A stretch of 64,000 bases of DNA, taken from the NCBI GenBank assembly GCA_965197645.1, contig OZ240219.1:1408001-1472000 (forward strand), in the 5' to 3' direction. Shown here piece after piece: positions 41,098 through 50,615 of this stretch (within the stretch, counting starts at the first letter, position 1; each line of letters starts with the position of its first letter). The notes beneath the pieces are model-generated. The model saw only the letters and a list, made by a program, of their open reading frames with translations, did no database searches and had not been told where the DNA came from. Origin of the DNA: Dehalococcoidia bacterium. GTDB taxonomy: Bacteria; Chloroflexota; Dehalococcoidia; Plut-88900. The translations under genes and the position numbers were made by a program.

Positions 41098-43035
41098 GTG
41101 AGTATGTCTGACGTTGACAGCATCAAGAATCTCATCAACGGCGATCCCACGTATGATGAGCTGCATCGACTCATACATGAAGGCGATAGGTTGATTGCGG
41201 AGTACATAGATGCTCAGGATGAAGACCTAGGCAATCGACTGAAACATGTACTAGACAACGCTGCAGTCATCCTGACCGGCCGTGATTTGAGCTGGGCGTT
41301 GTCAGACCTAGATTCATCAGGGACGTTTTCGGATGGCAAACTTAGTGAAGATGCAGATGTTGAGAAGTTCCTCGGAAGGTTGTTGCCATTGTTGGGGTTG
41401 ATGGAGCAACTTAAACATGTTGGCGAGAATCCTTGGTATGTTGAGGACTTAACCGAAGCTAAACTGCGCTTGAAACTCAACCCGCGCGATCAGGAAGCCG
41501 GGAAAGCTCTGTTGGAACTAGCGACAATCTCTCCTGGAAAGTTGTTTGGAATCACGGAGGGCCGCGGCGAGAGGGGTTTTCAAATAGCTACTGTTAGCCC
41601 TGCCGGTGCATTTTTCTGGAGCCTTCTTCCACTCTTGAAAGGGGATTGGCGATCTATTGGTGCGGGTTTCCCCCCGGGGTTGAAGCCGTGGCTGCTGGAT
41701 TCTCTAGAATATCTAGAGGCAAAGTATCGCCCGATCTCCGAACCTGATGCGGACAGGGGCACCGTAATCCTTGACTTTGCTTACCTTTCCGCAGCCTATG
41801 GCCTGATTCTATTCAAGCAAGAGGCGTCCTATTCCGAGGAATCGATCAAGGCCTTCGAGGAGAGCTTCCGGGCCTATTTCAGCGTCTATCATGAAATCGG
41901 CGTCCGGGCAGTCAAGGATAGGCACAGAGATTCGGAAATCTACCATCAGGCGACGCTTCAAGTCCTTGTGGGTCTGCACCTGTCCAGGATCAGGGCTGGA
42001 GAACAGGATTGGACGGAGGCGATACAGATGTATGCTCACGCCCTCGCCTGTCTAGATGCTGTAACAGGAACCGACTACGATCAGGTCGTGCAGCTTGATA
42101 TCTTCAAGGAAGAGTATGCGGGCCTCCGCCAAATAGGGGATGAGGAGCCAATCCCGATATACGATTACATGATAGTTAACGAATGGGAACGGCACAGGCA
42201 ATCCATGAACAAGGATGCCGCGAGAGCCTTTGGGCACCTCAGGCAAACCTCCGGCAGTGGTGTGTCCTGGCAGGAAGTCTCAGATCATGTCCATATGATA
42301 TGCAGCGCGATGGAATCCGAATTCGTGGACCCCGACTCGGAACTCCGGCCATATTGGATGGAGGCCCAGGGGTGGCTGCGAGGCTCAAAGCTGGAACCGG
42401 GCGAGCTGAGAGACGAGTTGAGACGGGAGGAAGACGAAAAGGCTGAACAGCGTCTCAGGCGTTACTTCTTCGACAACGCTCAATGGAGTGCGCTGCCCGA
42501 ACGCGCCCAAAGGAATCTCGTGGAGGCGGATAGGGTCTGGTATTCCCACCGACTCGGCAACCCCGGCGCGGCACTGGAAAACATCAAGATTGCCGTGGAA
42601 GAAGTAATGCACGACCTGTTCTGGGAACCCTGTTGCCAGTGGATCGACACAGGCGGACCAACGGGGTTTGAAAAGCTCGATATTGATGATTTCGAGAAAA
42701 TCAGGGAAACTTTGAAAGAGCCGCAGAAAAACCCGTCTCTTCTCGAATTCGAGAGCATGGTCGAGTCCAAGGGACTGACCCGCTTCCTTCAGACTTTGGA
42801 CCTCTCCGATTACGATCGAAGTTTTGTGCGCAAGCTCCGTAAGTCTCTTCGGTCCCTCCGCGAGACACGCAACCAAGTCACGCACGATGTCGGTGGCCCT
42901 ACTCTCAATCGCGGGCAAGTGGCACCCCTCTACAAGACATTCATGGGGTTAGGGCAGGAGGGGATTCTGCCTCGGCTGGCAAGAATCAAGGCGGATTTGG
43001 AGAGAAGGGACTCGTTGCCCACTCCGCGGGGCTAG
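41098..43035 (+). CDS. Hypothetical helical-repeat protein with C-terminal HEPN-like domain
   Basis: 645 aa; atypical, more AT-rich codons; TPR-like helices; C-terminal KIAVEE...RNQVTH (RxxxxH). Confidence 0.6.
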   Translation: MSMSDVDSIKNLINGDPTYDELHRLIHEGDRLIAEYIDAQDEDLGNRLKHVLDNAAVILTGRDLSWALSDLDSSGTFSDGKLSEDADVEKFLGRLLPLLGLMEQLKHVGENPWYVEDLTEAKLRLKLNPRDQEAGKALLELATISPGKLFGITEGRGERGFQIATVSPAGAFFWSLLPLLKGDWRSIGAGFPPGLKPWLLDSLEYLEAKYRPISEPDADRGTVILDFAYLSAAYGLILFKQEASYSEESIKAFEESFRAYFSVYHEIGVRAVKDRHRDSEIYHQATLQVLVGLHLSRIRAGEQDWTEAIQMYAHALACLDAVTGTDYDQVVQLDIFKEEYAGLRQIGDEEPIPIYDYMIVNEWERHRQSMNKDAARAFGHLRQTSGSGVSWQEVSDHVHMICSAMESEFVDPDSELRPYWMEAQGWLRGSKLEPGELRDELRREEDEKAEQRLRRYFFDNAQWSALPERAQRNLVEADRVWYSHRLGNPGAALENIKIAVEEVMHDLFWEPCCQWIDTGGPTGFEKLDIDDFEKIRETLKEPQKNPSLLEFESMVESKGLTRFLQTLDLSDYDRSFVRKLRKSLRSLRETRNQVTHDVGGPTLNRGQVAPLYKTFMGLGQEGILPRLARIKADLERRDSLPTPRG

Positions 43036-43377
43036 CTCCACCACGACCCCTCGGCTGCCTCACTCCCCTTCAGTTCCTCCATCATCAATACAAGTCAAAC
43101 AAAGGCCTCATGTGGCAGTAATCTACCGTACGAGTACAAAGTCTTGACAGCGTTCCATACTTTACGCTACTTTTGGGCCAATGTGGTTATCGACACGGAG
43201 ATGCACTCGCTGGAAAGATTCGGCTCACGCTGGAGTTAACCTCTCACCTTTGCTGTCGACCGAGATAGCCGTCACGGCAAGGGGTGAAGTGCACAAGGTT
43301 GACCGCCTCGAGTCGTGGCTGATCGAGACCAGAGCACCGTTGAACTTGTGAGTTCTTACAGACCGATTGGAGGAAAG

Positions 43378-44448
43378 ATGCACCGGTATGGACGTTTATT
43401 CGCTGGCATAGCGGCGATTGTAGTGTTGCTGGTTGTGGTTGCGTGTCAATCGGACGGGGGAGAGACTCGAGAGAACACCCTCGACGTGATTCTCGATCGA
43501 GGGAACCTGATCTGCGGCATTAAGGCAGACACTCCCGGATTCGGCGTGCTCAATCCCGACGGCACGGCCGAAGGCAACGACGTGGAGTATTGCCGTGCAC
43601 TGGCCGCTGCGATCTTTGGAGACAGCAGTAAAGTCGAGTTCAAAGAGGCCACCTCCGCCAATCGCTTCGAACTCTTGGCGGCCAAGGAGATCGACGTGCT
43701 CATCCGCACGACGACTTGGACCGCCAGCCGCGACGCTGATCTCAACGTAGCGTTCGCACCGACAACCTTCTACGACGGCGCCGGCATTATGGTCAAGGCA
43801 GACGCCGGAGTATCGAGCGTGACGGAGCTCGGCGGGGCTACCATCTGCATCCTGGACGGCACCAGCACCCAGGGCGCCGTTTCCGACTTCTTCTCCGAGG
43901 AAGGGCTGACATACGAGGAGCTAACCCTCCAGGCCAACCCGGAGATCCGTTCCGCATTCATCAGCGATCAGTGCGACGCCTGGTCCTCGGATAAGTCCCA
44001 GCTGGGCGCTCACCAGTTCACGCTGAAAGCGGACGACAACCTCGACGCCATCGTGCTCCCCGAGACCCTCTCCAAAGAACCCCTGGGCCCGGCTGTACGC
44101 GACTACGACTCGGAGTGGGAAGACGTGGTGCGTTGGATAGTGAACGGCATGATCATCGCCGAGGAGCAGGGAGTCACCTCCGGTAACGTACGCGATATGG
44201 CTGCTGACCCGCCGAACAACACCGTGGCCCGCCTCCTGGGAGCAGGGTTTGGAGACGCACCTGCCAGCAATTTGGGCATCGGACACGACAAGATCCCCGT
44301 CACCTTCATGCAGAACGTGATCCGCCAAGTTGGCAACTACGGTCAGGTATACGACCGAACGCTCGAGCAAGTGGGGCTCACACGCGCCGGGTCGCCGAAT
44401 GCGTCCTACTTGAACGGTGGCCTGATCTACGCTCCTCCTATGCGCTAG
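43378..44448 (+). CDS. aapJ: General L-amino acid ABC transporter substrate-binding lipoprotein (AapJ/BztA-like)
   Basis: Lipobox VVAC, CRALAAAIFGD, TTWTASRD, LSKEPLGP, VGNYG, GGLIYAPPMR. Confidence 0.88.
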   Translation: MHRYGRLFAGIAAIVVLLVVVACQSDGGETRENTLDVILDRGNLICGIKADTPGFGVLNPDGTAEGNDVEYCRALAAAIFGDSSKVEFKEATSANRFELLAAKEIDVLIRTTTWTASRDADLNVAFAPTTFYDGAGIMVKADAGVSSVTELGGATICILDGTSTQGAVSDFFSEEGLTYEELTLQANPEIRSAFISDQCDAWSSDKSQLGAHQFTLKADDNLDAIVLPETLSKEPLGPAVRDYDSEWEDVVRWIVNGMIIAEEQGVTSGNVRDMAADPPNNTVARLLGAGFGDAPASNLGIGHDKIPVTFMQNVIRQVGNYGQVYDRTLEQVGLTRAGSPNASYLNGGLIYAPPMR

Positions 44449-44473
44449 AGCAGCTCCGACGAAACGGAAAAAA

Positions 44474-44507
44474 GGCGTATGGGCGGATGTAGACCCGCCC
44501 ATACGCC
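44474..44507. terminator. Intercistronic 13-bp hairpin between aapJ and the permease genes
   Basis: GGCGTATGGGCGG/CCGCCCATACGCC perfect stem with A-run on the 5' side. Confidence 0.6.
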
Positions 44508-44530
44508 GTTCCTCGTAAGGTTGCTCGGCG

Positions 44531-45847
44531 ATGAAGCAACGTCTTAACAACATCTGGTCAAAAAAGTATTCCCTCTTTCTCGCCGTCAATCTCACAGTTT
44601 GGACGGCGGTTGGCATTATCTTCGGCATCTGGTCAAGAAAGCACCCCCGCTATCTTGCTGCCAAGCTGACTGTTAAGACGGCCGTCGGCATTATCGTTGA
44701 CATCTGGTCAAAAAAGCATTCCCGCTATCTCGCCGTCAATCTCACAGTCGGGGTTGTGGCCGCTGCAGTAGCCGGTTACTTCTGCTACTCGATAGCCGTC
44801 AACCTCTTCGACTTCGACTTTCTCAGGGGGCCTTACGGAAGCCCGGACCGGAGCTCGATCTTCGATGTTCTGGACGTGGAGGCAAGCGACCCTAGGTGGC
44901 TGGGAATAATCAAAGGCGCCGGCAACACCATATCAGTCGTGGTGCTCGCCATTGTCCTATCCTCGCTGCTGGGCCTGGCCGTCGGGGTGGCCCGGCTCGC
45001 CCACAACCCGCTCCTGAACCGGCTGGGCACCATCTACGTCGAGCTGTTCAGGAACCTTCCGCTGCTGCTGATCATGTTCTTCTTCGCCTTCGCGGCGTTC
45101 CGGGAACTGCCCAGGATTGAGGCACGGTCGGGGTTGGACGGAGTGCTCTACGTCAGCAATCGTGGGCTGGCCCTCCCCTGGTTGGAGTCCAGTCACTCGC
45201 TCTGGTGGCTATGGCCCATCGCATTGCTGGGCGCCGCCGCTGCGGCGTGGCTTGTGAGGCGCCTCCGTGTTCGCAGGGAGGCCGAGACGGGCGAGAGTCT
45301 GCACCCGAACGCCTGGGCGGCGGCGATTATCGTGCTAGTTGGAGTAGTGGCATACGCGGCACTGCTCGCTCCGTTGCGCCTAACCCTTCCCGACGTGATT
45401 CAATCGGAGTCGGGGTTCTTCTCGTATGAGGGCGGCAACCAGTTCGGGCTGGGTTATCTGAGTGCGCTGGTATCGCTCACGCTATACTTCAGCTCCTTCA
45501 TCGCCGAGATCGTGCGCGGCTCAATCCAGGCGATACCCCGGGGCCAGACCGAGGCTTCCGCGTCGCTAGGACTATCGGCATACCAGCGCTTTTCGCTGAT
45601 CATCCTTCCCCAGGCCCTGCGGATCATGATCCCTTCGCTGAACAACGAGTACCAGAACACCAACAAGGACTCGACTCTTGCCCATGCCATAGCCTACGGG
45701 GAGATAGTCCTGATATCCAATAGGATAGTCAACAACACCGGCAACCTGTTGCAGACGTACATGTTCATATTCTTCATCTTCATTGTCACCAACCTCATCA
45801 TCTCGCTGATAATGAACACCATAAATCGGAACGTTCAGATCAAATGA
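44531..45847 (+). CDS. aapQ: Amino acid ABC permease (AapQ-like)
   Basis: YVELFRNLPLLL, SNRGL..P, FIAEIVRGSIQAIPRGQTEA, LPQALR. Confidence 0.85.
   Translation: MKQRLNNIWSKKYSLFLAVNLTVWTAVGIIFGIWSRKHPRYLAAKLTVKTAVGIIVDIWSKKHSRYLAVNLTVGVVAAAVAGYFCYSIAVNLFDFDFLRGPYGSPDRSSIFDVLDVEASDPRWLGIIKGAGNTISVVVLAIVLSSLLGLAVGVARLAHNPLLNRLGTIYVELFRNLPLLLIMFFFAFAAFRELPRIEARSGLDGVLYVSNRGLALPWLESSHSLWWLWPIALLGAAAAAWLVRRLRVRREAETGESLHPNAWAAAIIVLVGVVAYAALLAPLRLTLPDVIQSESGFFSYEGGNQFGLGYLSALVSLTLYFSSFIAEIVRGSIQAIPRGQTEASASLGLSAYQRFSLIILPQALRIMIPSLNNEYQNTNKDSTLAHAIAYGEIVLISNRIVNNTGNLLQTYMFIFFIFIVTNLIISLIMNTINRNVQIK
44551..44749 (+). repeat. 75-bp in-frame tandem repeat (~2.7 copies) in the aapQ 5' end
   Basis: CATCTGGTCAA at 44551, 44626 and 44701; protein IWSKK..LAVNLTV..AVGII repeated. 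Confidence 0.9.
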
Positions 45848-47187
45848 TCTCATCGCCGGGGTATCAGTCCATCGTTTCCGGGCGTGTGGTCTGGGCGCGG
45901 GAGAACCTGTTCAACTCATGGGGCAACTCGGCCCTTAGCCTAGCGTCAATAGGTCTCGGCGGCCTCATTGTGTACCTGGTGCTGAAGTTCATCCTGGTCC
46001 AGGCCAACTGGGGTCTGGTGGCGATCAACCGGAAGCTGTTCTTCGTCGGCAGCTACCCGGCGGACGAGATCTTCCGGATATGGATATCTGTCTTCATCGT
46101 AGCGACCCTGATCGCGCTGACCTATGGCATCTGGGTTGGAAGACTACGGCCCTACGTGTTAGCCATCGGCATAGTGGCGGTGGTAACCCTCACCTTTGGC
46201 CTGGGGACGGAGCTGACCATCGAGGAGCGGTTCTACAGCGAGGAGATACAAACCGAGGACCAGACCATCGAAATTAGCGGCACCGAAAGAGAGCTGGTGT
46301 GGGAACGGGGCTGGGCGCCCCGCTGGCTCAACTCGGTCGCACTGGGATTGGCAGTCCCCTTCGGTACGGCCTGGCTGCTGCTTGCCGGGCTCTTTGCGGT
46401 CCTGATAGGGGGCGCCTGGGCGGGCAAGCAGCTCGGCCGATGGAAAAGCAACCCGATACTGCTTCAGTCTATCGGCGCGGCGTGGGTCCTGCTCATCCCG
46501 GCAATCGTCTTGCTCCAGATGGGGGTATCCAGCCGTCACTGGGAGGGCGCCTTTCTGGACCTGCTGGTGTTTTCCGTTGGCGGCATTTTTTCCTTCTTCA
46601 TCGGCCTTGTACTTGCGTTGAGCCGCGTCTCTCCCTACAGGGCCATACGGGTCACCGCCGTCGTCTACATCGAGGTAGTACGAGCGGCCCCATTGCTCGT
46701 CTGGCTGCTGTTCGCCACATTTCTGGACGATGAGCTCGGGCCCATTGGCCAGGCCTTCAGCAACATAGACCTGGTCTACCGGGTCATGTTCGTTTTCGCC
46801 TTTTTTGGGGCAGCGTACATAGCCGAGGTTGTGCGGAGCGGACTGCAGTCCATAACCCGCGGGCAGCATGAAGCCGCCGAGGCATTGGGTCTTTCCTCGA
46901 TGCAGAAGTACACCTTCATCGTACTGCCGCAGGCGATAAAGGCGGTTATACCCGCGATCATAGGGCGCTTCATCGCTCTCTGGAAGGATACCGCCCTGCT
47001 GGCTGCGATATCGCTGGTCAACACGTTGGAAATAGCGAGGAAGATCCTGGCGGGACAGACGGATATAGCGGAGGGCGCATTCTTCGAGATTTACATCATA
47101 GTAGGGCTGATATACTGGGTGGTCTCGTTCCTGTTGTCCCGTGTAGGCGGAGCGGCGGAGGCCAGGCTGGGGCAGAGCACGAGATAG
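45844..47187 (+). CDS. aapM: Amino acid ABC permease (AapM-like)
   Basis: WARENLFNSW, YIEVVRAAPL, AYIAEVVRSGLQ, LPQA, LWKDT. Confidence 0.85.
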   Translation: MISSPGYQSIVSGRVVWARENLFNSWGNSALSLASIGLGGLIVYLVLKFILVQANWGLVAINRKLFFVGSYPADEIFRIWISVFIVATLIALTYGIWVGRLRPYVLAIGIVAVVTLTFGLGTELTIEERFYSEEIQTEDQTIEISGTERELVWERGWAPRWLNSVALGLAVPFGTAWLLLAGLFAVLIGGAWAGKQLGRWKSNPILLQSIGAAWVLLIPAIVLLQMGVSSRHWEGAFLDLLVFSVGGIFSFFIGLVLALSRVSPYRAIRVTAVVYIEVVRAAPLLVWLLFATFLDDELGPIGQAFSNIDLVYRVMFVFAFFGAAYIAEVVRSGLQSITRGQHEAAEALGLSSMQKYTFIVLPQAIKAVIPAIIGRFIALWKDTALLAAISLVNTLEIARKILAGQTDIAEGAFFEIYIIVGLIYWVVSFLLSRVGGAAEARLGQSTR

Positions 47188-47215
47188 GGAACCAAGCCGC
47201 AGGGAGGTCCGATAA

Positions 47216-47968
47216 ATGGCAGTCAAGAACGGGAATGAGATAGTCCGGCTGGAGAAAGTGGTCAAGCGCTTCGGTAACTTCACCGCGCTGAACAAGGTAA
47301 GCGTCTCGGTGACAGAGGGCGAAGTCGTGGTCATCATCGGGCCTTCCGGATCGGGTAAGTCGACCCTGCTCAGGACGATCAATCGGCTGGAACAGCACGA
47401 CGCCGGCCGTATCGTCGTAGACGGCATCGAGCTGAATGACGACTCCCGTAACCTGACCAAGATAAGAATGGAAACTGGGATGGTATTCCAGCAGTTCAAC
47501 CTCTTCCCTCATCTCACCGTGATGCGGAACATAACCCTTGCTCCGCAAAAGGTCCGCCACTTGCCGCAGAAGGAGGCGGAGGAGCTGGCGCTACGTTTAC
47601 TGAACCGCGTGGGCATACCGGAACAGGCCGACAAATTCCCCGGACAGCTTTCCGGCGGGCAGCAGCAGCGGGTAGCCATAGCACGGGCCATGGCGATGGA
47701 GCCCAAGGTGATGATGTTCGACGAGCCGACTTCGGCACTCGACCCGGAGATGATCAACGAGGTCCTGGTGGTAATGGGAGAGCTGGCCGCTTCCGGCATG
47801 ACGATGATCTGCGTCAGCCACGAGATGGGCTTCGCAAGGAACGTCGCCGATCGCGTGATCTTCATGGACGAGGGCGAGATCGTGGAGATCGGAACATCCG
47901 AAGAGTTCTTCACCACCCCACGGGAGCCTCGCACCAAACTCTTCCTCGACCAGATCCTTACCCACTAG
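47216..47968 (+). CDS. aapP: Amino acid ABC ATP-binding protein (AapP/GlnQ-like)
   Basis: [35 protein letters not shown]. Confidence 0.92.
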   Translation: MAVKNGNEIVRLEKVVKRFGNFTALNKVSVSVTEGEVVVIIGPSGSGKSTLLRTINRLEQHDAGRIVVDGIELNDDSRNLTKIRMETGMVFQQFNLFPHLTVMRNITLAPQKVRHLPQKEAEELALRLLNRVGIPEQADKFPGQLSGGQQQRVAIARAMAMEPKVMMFDEPTSALDPEMINEVLVVMGELAASGMTMICVSHEMGFARNVADRVIFMDEGEIVEIGTSEEFFTTPREPRTKLFLDQILTH

Positions 47969-48020
47969 CCTGCCCTAATCGGCTTCTTTTCTTTGCTCGG
48001 CTACAGCAAGATGCCCGGTC

Positions 48021-48064
48021 TACACAACAAATATGTTGACAACAACATATTTGTTGTGTACAGT
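48021..48064 (+). promoter_or_regulatory. hicAB promoter with 18-bp perfect inverted-repeat operator
   Basis: TACACAACAAATATGTTG-ACAA-CAACATATTTGTTGTGTA overlaps TTGACA(48036)-17 nt-TACAGT(48059). Confidence 0.85.
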
Positions 48065-48072
48065 GCAACAGG

Positions 48073-48261
48073 GTGAATGCGTCTGAGTTCCGACGCTGGT
48101 TGAGAAAGCAGGGCTGTTCGTTCCAGACCCACAAGGGCGGCAGCGGACATCTCACCGTCCGTCTCGGAGACCGCACGAGCCAACTGCCGCTGCATGGAGG
48201 CCGGAAGGAACTGGGGCGGGGACTCGTTGCAAAGATCAAGAAAGACCTGGGGTTGGACTGA
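48073..48261 (+). CDS. hicA: HicA toxin
   Basis: EFRRWLRKQG, GSGH, LPLHG.KELG.GLV.KIKKDLGL. Confidence 0.92.
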   Translation: MNASEFRRWLRKQGCSFQTHKGGSGHLTVRLGDRTSQLPLHGGRKELGRGLVAKIKKDLGLD

Positions 48262-48716
48262 TGCTTGCCTATCCGATAACGCTGGAAGATGACGATGGGA
48301 CCGTGCTGGCAACGTCGCCCGACTTCTCGGAGCTGACCAGCTTCGGGGACGACCATGAGGAGGCGGTCGCCCGCGCCGTTCACGCTCTCGAAGAGGCGAT
48401 AGCGGCCCGCATCCACGATCGCAAGGACATTCCCGCACCGTCCCAGGGCGAGACCTATGCCGTACTGCCGACTCTGACTTCAGTGAAGGTGATGCTGTAC
48501 CAGGGGATGAGAGACCAGAACATCGGCAAGGCGGAGCTGGCCCGCCGCCTAGGATGGCACATGCCGCAGGTTGATCGGGTACTGGACGTCCAGCACCGAT
48601 CGCGGCTGGACATGATGGACGCCGCCCTGGGAGCCATCGGACGGCAGTTGCACGTGACCGCGGCAGTTACAGCGGACCCAGCGGCTGCTACCGGTCGAAA
48701 AGAGATGGCACAGTAG
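48261..48716 (+). CDS. hicB: HicB antitoxin with C-terminal HTH
   Basis: YP..LE.DDG, PDF.E..SFGDD.EEA, KAELARRLGWHMPQVDR. Confidence 0.92.
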   Translation: MLAYPITLEDDDGTVLATSPDFSELTSFGDDHEEAVARAVHALEEAIAARIHDRKDIPAPSQGETYAVLPTLTSVKVMLYQGMRDQNIGKAELARRLGWHMPQVDRVLDVQHRSRLDMMDAALGAIGRQLHVTAAVTADPAAATGRKEMAQ

Positions 48717-48718
48717 CC

Positions 48719-49351
48719 ATGGACAACACTCGGTTCAATCTGGAACGCATTCACACGGCTCGGGATACCGCCGAGCTGGCGGATAGATACGATCAGATGG
48801 CCGGGGGCTACGACGACTCGTTGCCGGGAGAGTGGGGCTGGACCCCGCCGGAACACATAGCGGAGATCTTCGCGGGATATGTGGATAAGAATGCCAGGAT
48901 ACTGGATGCCGGGGTGGGCACGGGTTTGGTCGGCGAAGCCCTAGTAAAACTGGGGTACAGCGGTCTCTTCGGCATAGACATCTCCGAGGGGATGATGGAG
49001 AAGGCGCGAGACAAGGGACTGTATCGAGAGCTGCACCGAATGGAGATGGGTCACCCTCTGAAGTTCTCAACCAACTTCTTCGATGCGGTGGTATCGGTCG
49101 GGGTGATGGCGATGGGACACGCTCCGGCCAGAGCCCTCGATGAGCTGGTGCGCATTACTAGGCCCGGCGGGCACCTTGTTTACACCCTCAGGCCCATCGT
49201 GCACGAGGAATGGGGATTCAAGGAGAAACACGCCGAATTGGAGAACCAGGGGATGTGGAGGCTGGTGAAGAGGACGGACCCCTTCGTGCCGATGCCCAAG
49301 CGGGAGCCCGATTTCTACTACGACATCTGGGTTTTTCAGGTTACCGGTTAG
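48719..49351 (+). CDS. Class I SAM-dependent methyltransferase
   Basis: ILDAGVGTGLVG, GIDISEGM, ELVRITRPGG. Confidence 0.88.
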   Translation: MDNTRFNLERIHTARDTAELADRYDQMAGGYDDSLPGEWGWTPPEHIAEIFAGYVDKNARILDAGVGTGLVGEALVKLGYSGLFGIDISEGMMEKARDKGLYRELHRMEMGHPLKFSTNFFDAVVSVGVMAMGHAPARALDELVRITRPGGHLVYTLRPIVHEEWGFKEKHAELENQGMWRLVKRTDPFVPMPKREPDFYYDIWVFQVTG

Positions 49352-49420
49352 GCAATTCTTCCCTGGCGATTCCCTGGACCAGCTGAGGTGAAGCTGAGTG
49401 CAATGCCCCCGCCCTCGGGC

Positions 49421-50449
49421 TCAGTTCCTGAAGTAGGGCATTATCTTATCGCTGATCTCACGCATCATTCTCTTCTTGTCGAAGATGGTGAAGAGCACCG
49501 TGGAGATGTTCTTTACACCCAGCTCTCCCAGCTCCTGGATCCTCTCCCGTATCTCCTCCGGCGTGCCGGTCAGCATGAAGGCATCTATAGTCTGCTGGCT
49601 GATCAAGAGGGCGTGTGAAGCGTCGGTGAGTTCGTGCTCGGCGGGGTCGAAAGCATCGTGCACCTGCTTAAGCTCGTCGACGAGGCCGGGCGCTGTACGA
49701 TCGAAGCGCTTTCGCAAGTCCACCACGTCGGGGTTCTCCCACTGGAATATCCCGAAGTAGTTGCTGTAAGCCCAGGTTGCGGCGTAAGAAGCCACCTCTC
49801 TACGCGCCCGTTCCTTGGACTCGGAGATGTAGATCAGAGTGCGAGCCCACGTGTCTATCTCCGATGGGTCTCTGCCCGCCTTCTCGGCCCCTCTTTCTAT
49901 GAGCTCCATGTGCCATTTGACCTTTTCGGGGTGGATGGACCCGAAGATCACACCGTCCGCTATCTCACCCGCCATCTCCGTGGCTCGCGGCCCGTCTGCC
50001 GCCATGTAGACCGGCACCTGGCGACGGCTCCACTCCGACTGCATCCTATCGCCCTGGAAATCAGCATCCCTGCCGGCCGTGTAGTCCCTGATAAAGCCTA
50101 TTGCCTCGCGTAGCTCTTTCATCGGCCGGGGTTTCATCACCTTGCCCCAGGAGCCCCCGGCGCCGATCCCTACAAAGGCCCGGCCGCCGGACAGCTCGTT
50201 GATGCTGGCGGTGGCGTTGGCGGTCACCCACGGCCTGTAGGTGAAAGGATCGGTCACACCCTGTCCTATCTGGATGCGATGGGTGTTCAGGGCTGCTACG
50301 GTCATCATCGCATACACGTCGCGGGACAGGATGGGCTGGTCGACGAAGGTCATGTGGGAGAATCCGCACTCCTCAGCGACCCGAGCATGGGATGCTATCT
50401 CGTCCATTCTTAGATTTCGTCCCATGCCGACGCTAAAGTCCAGCTTCAT
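49421..50449 (-). CDS. LLM-class (Mer-like) oxidoreductase
   Basis: IGQGVTDP, ELSGGRAFVGIGAG, PVYMAADGP, AGEIADGV. Confidence 0.88.
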   Translation of the reverse strand: MKLDFSVGMGRNLRMDEIASHARVAEECGFSHMTFVDQPILSRDVYAMMTVAALNTHRIQIGQGVTDPFTYRPWVTANATASINELSGGRAFVGIGAGGSWGKVMKPRPMKELREAIGFIRDYTAGRDADFQGDRMQSEWSRRQVPVYMAADGPRATEMAGEIADGVIFGSIHPEKVKWHMELIERGAEKAGRDPSEIDTWARTLIYISESKERARREVASYAATWAYSNYFGIFQWENPDVVDLRKRFDRTAPGLVDELKQVHDAFDPAEHELTDASHALLISQQTIDAFMLTGTPEEIRERIQELGELGVKNISTVLFTIFDKKRMMREISDKIMPYFRN

Positions 50450-50615
50450 AGCGATCTCCCCTTTTGCTCTAGAACATCCGCTGCCCGTCTGGGAAGCGTT
50501 GATTCATTCTACTATACCGGGCTTCATCTTAGCCGCCGGTCGGGAAACGAGCATGATAGCCTGGTAACCGGAATATAGAATCGAGCCAGTCTTCCTATGA
50601 GTCCCCCACCGATAG

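Noticed and set aside
44551-44749. Regularly spaced repeats as a possible CRISPR array
   Set aside because: The intervening sequences are homologous to each other and in frame in a permease; no cas genes
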